Part shown: piece after piece, positions 9,711 through 19,651 of the stretch
Layout of the letters: every line of letters starts with the position of its first letter
Position numbering within the stretch: position 1 is the first letter of the stretch
Origin: Bacteroidota bacterium
GTDB lineage: Bacteria > Bacteroidota > Bacteroidia > Flavobacteriales_D > UBA2798
Direction: 5' to 3'
Assembly (NCBI GenBank): GCA_049322335.1
Contig: JBMORL010000118.1
Location: 4,316-54,478, forward strand
Length of the DNA stretch: 50,163 nucleotides
The notes under the pieces: model-generated
Told to the model about the DNA's origin: nothing
The model's input: the letters and a program-made list of their open reading frames with translations, nothing else
The model's database searches: none
Made by a program: the position numbers and the translations under genes

Positions 9711-11972
9711 CTTCTTCCGTTCTTTCTTCCCATAAAACATCATCACCAATACGGGCAGTAAAATCATATCACCCAATACAGCAAATATCAACGTTAGCCC
9801 GATCAGCAAACCGATATAAAACGTTCCCAGGAAGCCGGAAAAAACAAGGGTAAGAAATCCGCCAGAAAGAATAATAGTAGTAACATAAATAGCTTTTCCG
9901 GTAGTAAGATACGTTCGTTTTATGGCATATTGCAACGATTTTCCTGAAGCCAGTTCAAGTTTCAGTTTGCTGATGAAATGTATCGTATCATCTACGGCAA
10001 TCCCGAAAGCGATAGTAAAGATCATTGACGTGGATACTTTGAGATTAATATCTGTAAATCCCATCAGGCCAGAGATCATAATCAATGGCAGTATATTGGG
10101 AATAACAGCAATGATCACCATCTTCCACGATTTATACATTAATCCAACAATTAACGCGATCACTGCCATAGACAACATCAGCCCCTGCATCATTCCATCA
10201 GCGAGGTAGGCACTGTTTTTATCTATAAGTGTAGCGGTTCCTGTAATTTTATAATCCAATCCCGGGGAAATATTTTCCCTGAAAAATTTTTCAAAAAGTT
10301 CATTTCTTTCACGGAAAAATTTCCCTCCGGAATCAAAACATTTGCCGTAGATTCTTATTCTTTTTCCGTCACTTGTGATTACTTTTCTCAACTGTTCTCC
10401 CGAATGAAATTTTTCTGCTTTCGAAATAATGTTTACCATTTCTTCTTCCTTTTCAGGCAAAACATAATATTCGGGTGAGCAGGTATGCAGATTACGGTTT
10501 ATGGCTTTGATCACTGTATTGGGAGAAAACACTGTTTTTAATCCATATTCCGACAGAAGGAAATTTTCTATTTTTTGAATCTGGAAAGCAGTAAACTGAT
10601 TGTAAAGAAGCGTGTCATTCTTTTTATTGATAAAAACTTCCATCTCAAAGGGCCTGACTCCCGAAAACTTTTCTTCGAAAAATGAAAATTCTTTCCGCAA
10701 CTCACTTTCCGGTTTAAGATCTTCAAGCAAAAAATTATTGGAAATAATCATAGATGTTCCCCATGCCCCGATCAGGCCAATAACCAGTGAACCCGTTATC
10801 ACTTTATATTTCGACCGGATAAGCCAGCTATAGGAAGAATGTAAAAAACCATACCAGGTTCGCTGTTTTTCCAGCGATTTAATTTTTGGTGCCGGCATCA
10901 GGATTAAAAGCAAGGGTAAAAAGGTGTAGGCATGTAAAAATGCTATCATCACTCCCAATGAAGTATATAGTCCGAAAATACGGATCGGTTCTACAGGAGA
11001 AATAAGCAAGGTAAGAAATCCGATGGCTGTGGTAAACGAAGTAAGAAAAGTAGCCAGGGCCACTTCACGATACGCTTTTTTCAATGCCTCTGTTTTTGAA
11101 AGTCCTGATTTTAATTCATCAATATAATGAGAAAGGATATGAACCGCATCCGACATTCCTACTACAAAAACGATAGTGGGCAATAGCGTAAGCAGGATAT
11201 TCAGTTTTTCACCCACCACACCCATAAAGCCGATGATCCAGACAGAAGAAATTACCACCACAAGTATGGGTATCCAAACACCCCAAAATGTGCGAAAAGT
11301 GAACCACAGGAACACCACCACCAAAACAAACGAAGTGCACGCGAAAAAAAAGAATTCTTCTCCCATCATCGACACATACTTTCGCTGCACAATGCTGCGG
11401 CCCGTTATATGAAATTCATCAAACCCGGCCTTGCTTACCAGTTCTTCCACCTCTACCGACAGCACATCACATTTTTCTTTAGAAAGATACTGTTCGTGCT
11501 CTACCAGCAATGCAATAGCTTTTGCATCTTCCGAAACAATATTTCCCTTGTATAACGGAGAAGAAAACAAACGAATGGAATCATCGTGGTACATTTCAGG
11601 TTGACGGATGTGTATAAGCGGACTTTCGTATACCTGTTTTGCCAAAGTCGATTTTATCCATTCTGTGGAATTTACCACCGAATGAATATGGGTTACATAA
11701 GATGCTTTTTTTAGTTTTTGAATAAGTGAATCGGCTTTAAGAAGGAAAGCCTGGTCAAAAATCCCTTTCCCGCTTACCAAACCGATAAGTAAAAAATCGT
11801 TATCCGTTCCAAATAGTTTCCTGTGTTCATTAAAAAATTCGGTATCTTCATCACCGGAAGGAAAGAATTTTTCGAAATTGAAATGAAATTGTACAGAAAC
11901 CGCCTTATATCCGAGGAAAAAGGTGAGTGCAAGAAGCAATAAAAGGGAAAATAAAGCTGATCTTTTCGACAT
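9705..11972 (-). CDS. RND-superfamily exporter of the MMPL/SSD family: 12 TM helices in two bundles with two periplasmic loops.
   Basis: An N-terminal TM helix is followed by a large loop. There are two clusters of ~5-6 hydrophobic helices (e.g. GVWIPILVVVISSVWIIGFMGV; LMLSMAVIALIVGLMY). The ~755-aa length and layout are typical of MMPL/HpnN-like exporters. Confidence 0.75.
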   Translation of the reverse strand: MSKRSALFSLLLLLALTFFLGYKAVSVQFHFNFEKFFPSGDEDTEFFNEHRKLFGTDNDFLLIGLVSGKGIFDQAFLLKADSLIQKLKKASYVTHIHSVVNSTEWIKSTLAKQVYESPLIHIRQPEMYHDDSIRLFSSPLYKGNIVSEDAKAIALLVEHEQYLSKEKCDVLSVEVEELVSKAGFDEFHITGRSIVQRKYVSMMGEEFFFFACTSFVLVVVFLWFTFRTFWGVWIPILVVVISSVWIIGFMGVVGEKLNILLTLLPTIVFVVGMSDAVHILSHYIDELKSGLSKTEALKKAYREVALATFLTSFTTAIGFLTLLISPVEPIRIFGLYTSLGVMIAFLHAYTFLPLLLILMPAPKIKSLEKQRTWYGFLHSSYSWLIRSKYKVITGSLVIGLIGAWGTSMIISNNFLLEDLKPESELRKEFSFFEEKFSGVRPFEMEVFINKKNDTLLYNQFTAFQIQKIENFLLSEYGLKTVFSPNTVIKAINRNLHTCSPEYYVLPEKEEEMVNIISKAEKFHSGEQLRKVITSDGKRIRIYGKCFDSGGKFFRERNELFEKFFRENISPGLDYKITGTATLIDKNSAYLADGMMQGLMLSMAVIALIVGLMYKSWKMVIIAVIPNILPLIMISGLMGFTDINLKVSTSMIFTIAFGIAVDDTIHFISKLKLELASGKSLQYAIKRTYLTTGKAIYVTTIILSGGFLTLVFSGFLGTFYIGLLIGLTLIFAVLGDMILLPVLVMMFYGKKERKKL

Positions 11973-12062
11973 AGCCGGGCCTGTTCAGAAAAACAACCGT
12001 AAAGTAACCAATTTATTATGGGAGTAAGCGAAAATGACCTTTGATTTTTTAACTTTGCAGGG

Positions 12063-13292
12063 ATGAAAAATTTCAACATCCCGGCTTTTTACCGGTCGCC
12101 CCTTACCGGGAGAATCAAAGAACTGCGCAAGTCGGGCGACCCGAGAAAAAAAGACTTTAGCCCCTTTGAACTTAGCCTGGGCCCGGTGAAATTCCTCATC
12201 GCCCGTCATTTTGGCTTTTGTTATGGAGTGGAAAATGCTATCGAAATTTCCTATAAAGCCATTGAAGAAAACCCCGGAAAACGTATTTTTTTACTCAGCC
12301 AGATGATCCATAATCCTGATGTAAACAACGACCTGCTTTCGAGAGGGGTACGATTTATTATGGATACGGACGGACAAACTTTCATTCCCTGGGAAGACAT
12401 AAAACCCGATGACATTGTTATTACCCCGGCATTTGGAACCACTCTTGAAATCGAAAAAAAACTGCAGGATATTGGCGTGGAAGTTCAACGCTACAATACT
12501 ACCTGCCCTTTTGTGGAAAAAGTGTGGAACCGGGCGGAAAAACTGGGAACAGAAAATTATACTATCATCATCCACGGAAAAAACAAACATGAAGAAACCC
12601 GGGCCACTTTTTCGCACAGCAGAAAAAATGCGCCTTCGGTAGTAGTAAGGGATATGGAAGAAACCGTTTTACTCGGAAAAATTATCAGCGGTGAAATTCC
12701 TGCCGCACAGTTTCAGGAACTTTTTGCCGGAAAATTTTCGGATGGTTTTGATGTGAACAACGATCTGCTTCGCATAGGTGTCATCAATCAAACCACCATG
12801 CTGGCCACCGAAACACAAGCCATTGCCGACCACCTGAAAAATGTAATGTTAAATAAATATCCCGCAGACGATATAAAATTACACTTTGCTGATACCCGAG
12901 ACACGTTATGTTATGCCACCAACGATAACCAGCAAGCTACTTACGGCTTACTGGAAAAAGAAGCCGATTTTGCCATTGTAATTGGCGGATACAACAGTTC
13001 CAATACAACACATCTCGTGGAATTACTCGAACAAAAATTCACTGCCTTTTTCATTAATGGCAAATCCTGCCTCCCTGAAAAAAATACCATTCAGCATTTC
13101 GATATTCACAAAAAACAAATTAAAACAACAAAAGGGTTCCTTCCCGAAAAAGAAATAACCACCATTATCATCACCAGCGGTGCCAGTTGCCCGGATGTGC
13201 TGGTTGACGATGTGATCCGTGAATTTGCCTCTTACTACCCGGGCGTACTTTCTCCCGAAGAAGCAATTGAACGATTAAATCCTATCTCCTGA
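12063..13292 (+). CDS. ispH: 4-hydroxy-3-methylbut-2-enyl diphosphate reductase (IspH/LytB), long form with insertions.
   Basis: Its motifs align with E. coli IspH across the length: GFCYGVENAI ~ GFCAGVDRAI; TTCPFVEKV ~ ATCPLVTKV; INQTTM ~ MTQTTL; DTLCYATNDNQ ~ DDICYATTNRQ; GGYNSSNTTHL ~ GSKNSSNSNRL; TSGASCPD ~ TAGASAPD. Confidence 0.92.
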   Translation: MKNFNIPAFYRSPLTGRIKELRKSGDPRKKDFSPFELSLGPVKFLIARHFGFCYGVENAIEISYKAIEENPGKRIFLLSQMIHNPDVNNDLLSRGVRFIMDTDGQTFIPWEDIKPDDIVITPAFGTTLEIEKKLQDIGVEVQRYNTTCPFVEKVWNRAEKLGTENYTIIIHGKNKHEETRATFSHSRKNAPSVVVRDMEETVLLGKIISGEIPAAQFQELFAGKFSDGFDVNNDLLRIGVINQTTMLATETQAIADHLKNVMLNKYPADDIKLHFADTRDTLCYATNDNQQATYGLLEKEADFAIVIGGYNSSNTTHLVELLEQKFTAFFINGKSCLPEKNTIQHFDIHKKQIKTTKGFLPEKEITTIIITSGASCPDVLVDDVIREFASYYPGVLSPEEAIERLNPIS

Positions 13293-13294
13293 TT

Positions 13295-13681
13295 ATGCCG
13301 GTAAAAGCCGAATTTATTCTTTACGTTAAAGACCAGGAAAAAAGCAAATCGTTCTGGTCGGCTATACTTGAAAAAGAGCCGGTGCTGCATGTTCAGGGAA
13401 TGACTGAATTTATGATTACCGAAAACTGCAAACTGGGCATTATGCCCGAAAAAAATATTGCACGAATTATTTCTCCTGCTGTAGAAGATCCTTCCCTGTC
13501 ATCAGGAAAGTCGCGTTGTGAAATTTATCTTTATGTAAACGATCCCGATCTCAGTTTGCAAAAAGCCATCAGCGAAGGTGCCCATCCCGTTAGTAAATGC
13601 GAAAACCGCGACTGGGGCGACCGCGCAGGCTATTGTGCCGACCCGGATGGGCATATTGTGGTGTTTGCCCGTAAAATTTAA
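13295..13681 (+). CDS. VOC-family (glyoxalase/bleomycin-resistance-like) small protein.
   Basis: ~128 aa with a beta-alpha-beta-beta-beta-like pattern, ending DPDGHIVVF, which is typical of glyoxalase-fold proteins. It starts 3 nt after the ispH stop. Confidence 0.5.
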   Translation: MPVKAEFILYVKDQEKSKSFWSAILEKEPVLHVQGMTEFMITENCKLGIMPEKNIARIISPAVEDPSLSSGKSRCEIYLYVNDPDLSLQKAISEGAHPVSKCENRDWGDRAGYCADPDGHIVVFARKI

Positions 13682-14940
13682 ATCTTCACCAATCGCCCTT
13701 TATTGAATATCGCTATGGCTTTCCCTTTCAGTTTTTTTCCAATGAAAGGAGTATTTTTTGATTTGGAACGAATGTCTTTTTCGGTAAACGTCCATTCTTT
13801 TTCAGGATCGAATATGGTAAGTTCTGCTTTACTGCCCACCTCTACTTCTATTCTCTCTAGTCCGAGTAGTTTTCTCGGATTGGTGGTCATTTTTTCCACT
13901 ATCTCATCGGTTTTCATGTGCTTTGAAAGAACAGCGTTGGCCGCACCGAAAGCCGTTTCCAACCCAATGATCCCGTATTCTGCATGATCGAATTCTACAT
14001 TTTTACTTTCAGGGTCCTGCGGACAGTGGTCGCTGCAAATGCAATCAATGGTTCCGTTTTTTAATCCTTCTTCAAGAGCGCGGTTGATGGATGCTGTCCG
14101 CAGAGGCGGAATCACTTTCAGGCTGGTATTAAATTCTTCGAGATCAGCATCTGTAAAATACAACTGGTGAGCCGCCACCTGGCAACTAACGTTCCATCCC
14201 TTGCTTTTAGCTGCTTTTATAAGGTCGACACTTTTGGCAGAGGAAACCGCAACAAAATGTATACCCGTTTGGTTGTATTCGGCCAGGTAAATATCACGTA
14301 TCACCTGTATCTCTTCCGCCAGTTCGGGAATTCCCTTTAGTCCAAGTAAAGTTGATTGAATCCCTTCATGCATCATTCCTCCTTTGGAGATAGAAATTTC
14401 ATTGGGAAAACTCATTATTCTTCCGCCAAAATTTTTTGCGTACAACATCGCTCTCGACATCAGGCCCGCTTTCACATAATTTTTATAATCACAAAACGCC
14501 ACCGCTCCGGCCAATTTCATGTCATACATCTCTGAAATATTTTCTCCGTCCATTTGTGCCGATAGCGAACCACAGGGAAGAATAGTAACCGGAAGCGGAG
14601 TGCTTTTGCTCATTATGTATTCCACCTGCGATTTGCCGCTTACCGGTGGCTTTGTTCCCGGCATGGCTACTATAGTTGTAAATCCGCCTGCCAGCGCTGC
14701 TGCTGCTGCCGTTTCCAGCGTTTCCTTATGTTCCTCGCCCGGATCACAAACATTCGCACACATATCCACCCAACCTGCTGAAATATGAAGCCCGTTAGCT
14801 TCCACCACTTCATCTGCAGCTTCGTTGCACTGGTCATCCACACGGGTAATGATTCCCCGGTCGATAAGAATATCTTTTTTCTTGCCGTTGTGAGGCGAAT
14901 TTTTTCCGGTAACCAGGATGTTGCGGATCAGTAGCTTCAT
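13678..14940 (-). CDS. pyrC: Dihydroorotase-like amidohydrolase. The N-terminal HxH metal-binding motif is degenerate.
   Basis: VDMCANVCDPGEEHKETLETAAAAALAGGFTTIV aligns with the DHOase consensus IDPHVHLREPGxxHKEDIxxGxxAALAGGVTTV, but H-x-H is replaced by C-x-N. The later DHCPQ motif matches the conserved DHAPH region. Confidence 0.75.
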   Translation of the reverse strand: MKLLIRNILVTGKNSPHNGKKKDILIDRGIITRVDDQCNEAADEVVEANGLHISAGWVDMCANVCDPGEEHKETLETAAAAALAGGFTTIVAMPGTKPPVSGKSQVEYIMSKSTPLPVTILPCGSLSAQMDGENISEMYDMKLAGAVAFCDYKNYVKAGLMSRAMLYAKNFGGRIMSFPNEISISKGGMMHEGIQSTLLGLKGIPELAEEIQVIRDIYLAEYNQTGIHFVAVSSAKSVDLIKAAKSKGWNVSCQVAAHQLYFTDADLEEFNTSLKVIPPLRTASINRALEEGLKNGTIDCICSDHCPQDPESKNVEFDHAEYGIIGLETAFGAANAVLSKHMKTDEIVEKMTTNPRKLLGLERIEVEVGSKAELTIFDPEKEWTFTEKDIRSKSKNTPFIGKKLKGKAIAIFNKGRLVKI

Positions 14941-14951
14941 GTTTTTTTAAT

Positions 14952-17003
14952 TTATGTTTTCCAGAATCGCATGATCAGAATTTCGAACAAAAGAAATATC
15001 AGCACAAGCAAAATACAATGTTTCCAGTATTCTTTCGTGTCGTCAATGGTTTCAATATCCAGTTGTCCCGCCACATTCGATTCATCCACCGCACTGATAT
15101 TTTTTATTCCTGCCTGGCGGGCTACTTCTGCCACTTCGGTGGGCAAAAAACAGGTGAGATCGGATTCTTTTCTTCCGTAATTGTAGCCAACACCCAGAAT
15201 CTCTTCTTTTCCTTTCATCAGTGTATAGTTGCCGGCTTCTTTCACCTGTGCGTGGGCATAAACAGAAATATTTCCATCCGTATTTTTTATTTCGGGAACG
15301 ATAGATAATTCATCTCCTTCTTTTTTTAATTCGTAAGTGGTTTCTGAAGAAAATTCATTGTTGCGTACATCTATCGGTTCATCCCGTCCTATTTGCTGTG
15401 CGCGCACGGATGAATTCTGGCTCCATTCTGCTATCCGCAATACCACGGGAACAAAAACAGCATGGCGTGAAAAATTTCCGGCTTTTTCATCCAGGGGCAC
15501 TGTGCACACATAAAAATTCCCGCGTTCATATGAGGTTTTCCCCAAAAACAGGTCGCTGTTCTTTAATTGCATCAACACTTCTATCCTCGATAACGAATTA
15601 TTGATCGTAGTATAATGCTGCCTTACGGAAGGAAGATCCATGCTGGCGGGATTTTTTTCAAACACATTGGCATAAAACGGAAGGCTCAGATCCATCGGTG
15701 CCGTTTTCTGCAATGATGTGTCCACGCCTGTAAAAGTAATTCCATTGGCGGGACGCAATAATTCGTTATAGGTGTTCAGATCGGCTTTCAGTGAAGGAAA
15801 AAACAACACATTTCCTCCCTGTTTTACGTATTTCAGCAATTCGGCAGCTGTTCCGCTGGCAACAGACGGAATTCCGCAAAGTATCACTAATCCATATCCC
15901 GTTAGTTTCGAATAATCCATTCCCGAAACATTTACAGAAGCAAGTTTAAAAAACGGATCTTTCCTGAACAGGCGGTTGATATAGGAAGAAGCAGTGTCTT
16001 TTTCGCCATCAGGATGTACAGCCAATACTTTCATTTCGCTTTTAACATTCCATGAGAAGTACCAGTAATTATCGTTGGTTACTTCTTCATCGGGAATACT
16101 GAGCATCGCCAGCTGAATTCCGCTTTGTGTGTTCGTAAAATACAGGGTAGAATCCACATAGCTGTCCGGACCAACGGAAAAATTTCCGATAGCTTTTGGC
16201 GCCCCGTTGACAGTGAGCTGCAACTGGCGGCCGGTAATTTCATTTTCAGAATAATTACGTATCCGAACCACCAGTTTTTCCTGTGCATTCAGTTGCCGCA
16301 CCGGGGTTTCGAACCAGGCGGTATCAATACAGACATTATTTCGTTTCTGTGCTTTAAGGGCAATGAGGGTTACTTTTTCATCTGTTTTTATTTTCTCAAA
16401 ATCGCTGGTATTTTTCTGGAAATCGGATATCCATACGATTCGTTTGGAAGATTCTTTTTCGGTAGCCAGCAGGTCGTTTTGGCGGGAGAATACTTCCGAC
16501 AGGTTACGTGTAGCAGCCGAAGGTTTTATCCCGTCTACCATGTCCATAAATTCCTCCCGGCTTACTAAACGTTGCTGGTATCCTTCAAAATCGTTGGTCA
16601 CCAGTTGAAACAAGTCGCCCGGACGGTATTGTTTGGCCAGTTCTATGGCACGGCTGCGGGCCACATCCAAAAGCGGACCGTTTACCCCTTTGGCTTCCAT
16701 GCTGAAGGAATTATCGATGTATACCGAAATTATCTTATTCCCGCGTTTTACATCCGACTGGCTGCCCGGAATAAAGGGTTGCGCAAAAGCGAACACAAGG
16801 AAAGTAATAGCCAGGATACGACAGGCCAATATAATGAGGTGTTTGAGGCGGGAACGGCTTTGGGTTTGTTCTTTTACTTCCTTCAGAAAACGGGTATCTG
16901 AAAAGTAAACCCGCTTGTATTTTCGGAAGTTAAAAAGGTGAATAATGACGGGAACCGCTATGGCCGAAAGGGCAAAAAGAAAAGCGGGATAGACGAAACT
17001 CAT
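14952..17003 (-). CDS. BatA-domain protein: an N-terminal double-transmembrane domain, a large central region and a C-terminal TM anchor.
   Basis: N-terminus MSFVYPAFLFALSAIAVPVIIHLFNFRK, then a second TM (ILACRILAITFLVFAFAQP). C-terminal TM CILLVLIFLLFEILIM. This layout is typical of Bacteroidetes aerotolerance-related BatA_N proteins. Confidence 0.55.
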   Translation of the reverse strand: MSFVYPAFLFALSAIAVPVIIHLFNFRKYKRVYFSDTRFLKEVKEQTQSRSRLKHLIILACRILAITFLVFAFAQPFIPGSQSDVKRGNKIISVYIDNSFSMEAKGVNGPLLDVARSRAIELAKQYRPGDLFQLVTNDFEGYQQRLVSREEFMDMVDGIKPSAATRNLSEVFSRQNDLLATEKESSKRIVWISDFQKNTSDFEKIKTDEKVTLIALKAQKRNNVCIDTAWFETPVRQLNAQEKLVVRIRNYSENEITGRQLQLTVNGAPKAIGNFSVGPDSYVDSTLYFTNTQSGIQLAMLSIPDEEVTNDNYWYFSWNVKSEMKVLAVHPDGEKDTASSYINRLFRKDPFFKLASVNVSGMDYSKLTGYGLVILCGIPSVASGTAAELLKYVKQGGNVLFFPSLKADLNTYNELLRPANGITFTGVDTSLQKTAPMDLSLPFYANVFEKNPASMDLPSVRQHYTTINNSLSRIEVLMQLKNSDLFLGKTSYERGNFYVCTVPLDEKAGNFSRHAVFVPVVLRIAEWSQNSSVRAQQIGRDEPIDVRNNEFSSETTYELKKEGDELSIVPEIKNTDGNISVYAHAQVKEAGNYTLMKGKEEILGVGYNYGRKESDLTCFLPTEVAEVARQAGIKNISAVDESNVAGQLDIETIDDTKEYWKHCILLVLIFLLFEILIMRFWKT

Positions 17004-17305
17004 TAAAAAACAAAGTTAGAAAAATATCTTGTTAAAATTCATAAAAAATGTGATTTCGGGGGCTGTGAACCGGAAAATAACGTATTATTGACCCATCAAA
17101 CAAACGGCATCCCGCCTGACCGGGATATTGGAAAATAGTTGCACTAATTAGCTAAAACCCTGTTTCTGTAAAGAGGCAGGGTTTTATGTTGAAAAGCCGA
17201 TTATGCGATTTCAGAATACATGATTTTTGATCTTTGATTTATTCAGATTTTGTTAAAAAGATAAAAACAGGCTTTTTTCTTACAGTTTTTGGGTAAATTT
17301 AGTGC

Positions 17306-17608
17306 ATGAAGAAAATATTACAATTACTTGTTATAGCTTCTATATTTCTTTTTACAGCCTGCGAAAAAGCGGAACGGCCGGAAGAGAAAACGGAATTTGG
17401 CGAATGTGGAACGATGACTCATTCTACAAATGTGGGTATGGGATTAAAATCGGATGCGGAAATCCACCAAATGGTAGATGAACGGATCAGTTATTTTGTT
17501 TCACAGTTGGGAAGTGAAGATGCGTTCGAACAATTCTATGGGAAAACCATCCATGAGATCAGGCAGGAATTTATACAGGTATTTACAGATTCGCTGGGGA
17601 GAAAGTAA
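17306..17608 (+). CDS. Hypothetical small lipoprotein.
   Basis: Signal plus lipobox (IFLFTACEK). No recognisable domain. Confidence 0.45.
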   Translation: MKKILQLLVIASIFLFTACEKAERPEEKTEFGECGTMTHSTNVGMGLKSDAEIHQMVDERISYFVSQLGSEDAFEQFYGKTIHEIRQEFIQVFTDSLGRK

Positions 17609-17632
17609 AAAAACACCGGATATTGTTCTGAA

Positions 17633-18166
17633 ATGAAAAAAGTTCTCTTTTATGCTTTAATACTACTCTCTATAGAAGCATTACTGATTTGGCTTTGGAT
17701 ACACACCAATCAACCCGATCCAAGTTCTTCCATTGTTGGCATGTATCTGATTCCGGTAATATTCATTTTACATCTTTTTGCAGGAATATTCCTGTTTTTT
17801 TATACCAAGCCCTGGGGAAAATCATTTATAATTAACGCCTTCCTCTCCCCGGTTGTTTTTTGGATATTTTGGGATTTTTATTTGAATGATCTTTTTGTCG
17901 GGAATTACGAGCATTATATTTTTTCGTACAAGAATAAATCATACACCCTGATTGTTCCGCTAGATACATCATACGACAACATGTTTTATCTTGATGAGTC
18001 AACTGGTGAAAATTCCTTTACAAGCATTGATGCGGGAAGATGTTTCATAAAAAACGATACTATTTTTCTTCAGGGTGATTCCATCAGTATGAAAATTTTC
18101 AATAGCATTCTGATAGGGTTTCCTGAAAAGGACACAAAAATTGAAATGGGGGTGGTTTGTTATTAA
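17633..18166 (+). CDS. Hypothetical membrane protein with three N-terminal TM helices.
   Basis: Hydrophobic helices LFYALILLSIEALLIWLWI, YLIPVIFILHLFAGIFLFFY, INAFLSPVVFWIFW. No recognisable domain. Confidence 0.45.
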   Translation: MKKVLFYALILLSIEALLIWLWIHTNQPDPSSSIVGMYLIPVIFILHLFAGIFLFFYTKPWGKSFIINAFLSPVVFWIFWDFYLNDLFVGNYEHYIFSYKNKSYTLIVPLDTSYDNMFYLDESTGENSFTSIDAGRCFIKNDTIFLQGDSISMKIFNSILIGFPEKDTKIEMGVVCY

Positions 18167-18272
18167 ATCCCTATTAATGAATGAAAAATCATTCTATTAT
18201 ACAATCCCTTTCATCATCTTATATTTCCTTTTCAGGTGTATTCCAAACATGGGTTGGTGTAAATAAAATGAT

Positions 18273-18647
18273 ATGGTAAAAGGATCATTCATATTAAAAG
18301 GAAACCATCTCGTAAGCGGAATCAATAACGTTTTAACCAACCTTCTTACAGAAGGAAAATCATCTTCTTATCCATTTGAAAACGGAACCGTGTATTTTTT
18401 TGATGAACACGATTGGTTTACCACTACCAATTATTGTATTGTAGCCGTAATTGACAACCGGTTATTTGATGCAAAAACAAATTCCCTGGAAATCCATTGC
18501 TACACCCTGGGTGGAAAAACCGGAATTTTTGAATGGGATCTCTGGAAAAGGGAAAAAAAATGTCTTTCCGGTTTTCACAAACTGATATCGGGTTATTGCA
18601 AAGGTTATGAATGGCAAATAGAGCCACTGGAGATAAAAAAATCGTGA
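18273..18647 (+). CDS. Hypothetical small protein.
   Basis: A 124-aa ORF with a start 4 bp before the next gene. No recognisable domain. Confidence 0.35.
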   Translation: MVKGSFILKGNHLVSGINNVLTNLLTEGKSSSYPFENGTVYFFDEHDWFTTTNYCIVAVIDNRLFDAKTNSLEIHCYTLGGKTGIFEWDLWKREKKCLSGFHKLISGYCKGYEWQIEPLEIKKS

Positions 18648-18650
18648 ACA

Positions 18651-19100
18651 ATGGAAATCCGAATTCTTTATTCCGCTGTTGCATTTTTTATGATTATTGT
18701 TTCACTACAACGTACAGGGTTTTTTCAAAAGATTATTACCTGCGGTTTATGTTTGGCAATATTTTTATCCTGGATCGAAAACGAAAATATCAGGTTTTCC
18801 GCATTTATACTTTTTAATTTATCTGTATTGTTATCCGTTTATTACGGAGCCACCCAAAAACACCTGTTACTTACTGAAAAAGTTATCATCCTTACTACAG
18901 GAATTATAATTTTTTTGAGAAGTTTTTTCGGAATGATGCACTGGCCGGGAGCTGTCCCGGTTGGCTTATTCATGATTTTACCTGTATTAGGTTATATCTA
19001 TTTATTGATAAATAAAAATATCTTAAAAAGTAAAGAAGCTGGTTTTTTAACCCTGTTAATTTTCCACTGCATGGTTGTTTTCATTCAAATGATGACCTGA
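18651..19100 (+). CDS. Hypothetical integral membrane protein with 4-5 TM helices.
   Basis: Highly hydrophobic 149-aa ORF. It converges on the end of the SMC-like operon. Confidence 0.45.
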   Translation: MEIRILYSAVAFFMIIVSLQRTGFFQKIITCGLCLAIFLSWIENENIRFSAFILFNLSVLLSVYYGATQKHLLLTEKVIILTTGIIIFLRSFFGMMHWPGAVPVGLFMILPVLGYIYLLINKNILKSKEAGFLTLLIFHCMVVFIQMMT

Positions 19101-19123
19101 TATTGAACCATGAATAATAAAAC

Positions 19124-19651
19124 TCAATTCACCCCTTCTTTAATCTTATTTCTTGCCAGTTCGCTGGCGAAGTCGATAAATACTTTGTAAGCCAGTGTAA
19201 AGGTAAATTTATCTTCCGCGTGTTTATCTATAATATTTCTGCGGCCCAGTGAATTGACAAAAGTTTTCCGGGAATCCTTGTCACGCAACTGTTTGTTGGA
19301 ATTGATCAGGTCGGTATAGTTGGAATTCTCAAAATATTTATCCACGCGCTCCTGGTCCCACTCCGAATACTGGATCTCTTCAATAAAGTTTCTTCCATCG
19401 CGGTCGAGTTCGTAGCTGAGAATAGCAAAGAAAATACAAATGTCGCGCGACAGTGTTTCGTTACTTTCACCCGAAAGCAAAAAACAAAAATCATTGGTCA
19501 TCCGCAATTCATAGTCGAATGACATTTTAAAGAATTCGGTGTAAAATTCACCGTTTTCCCTTATAACCTGGTAAAGCGGTTCGGAAGGAAGGATGAATTT
19601 TCCATCCAGCAATTCCTTTACTACCTGTTTATGCGATTTCGGGTAATCCAT
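19124..19651 (-). CDS. Third gene of the SMC-like ATPase operon: a 175-aa acidic helical protein, size-compatible with a kite-type (MukE/MksE/JetB-like) subunit or an ABC-3C C-terminal component.
   Basis: It overlaps the upstream gene by 23 nt (19629-19651), so it is translationally coupled. No enzymatic motif. The assignment rests on operon context and size alone. Confidence 0.6.
   Translation of the reverse strand: MDYPKSHKQVVKELLDGKFILPSEPLYQVIRENGEFYTEFFKMSFDYELRMTNDFCFLLSGESNETLSRDICIFFAILSYELDRDGRNFIEEIQYSEWDQERVDKYFENSNYTDLINSNKQLRDKDSRKTFVNSLGRRNIIDKHAEDKFTFTLAYKVFIDFASELARNKIKEGVN

Noticed and set aside
12047-12057. TAACTTTG, a -7-box-like motif, 5 bp upstream of the ispH ATG.
   Set aside because: It is too close to the start codon to assign confidently. 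It would imply a leaderless transcript. Not reported as a feature.
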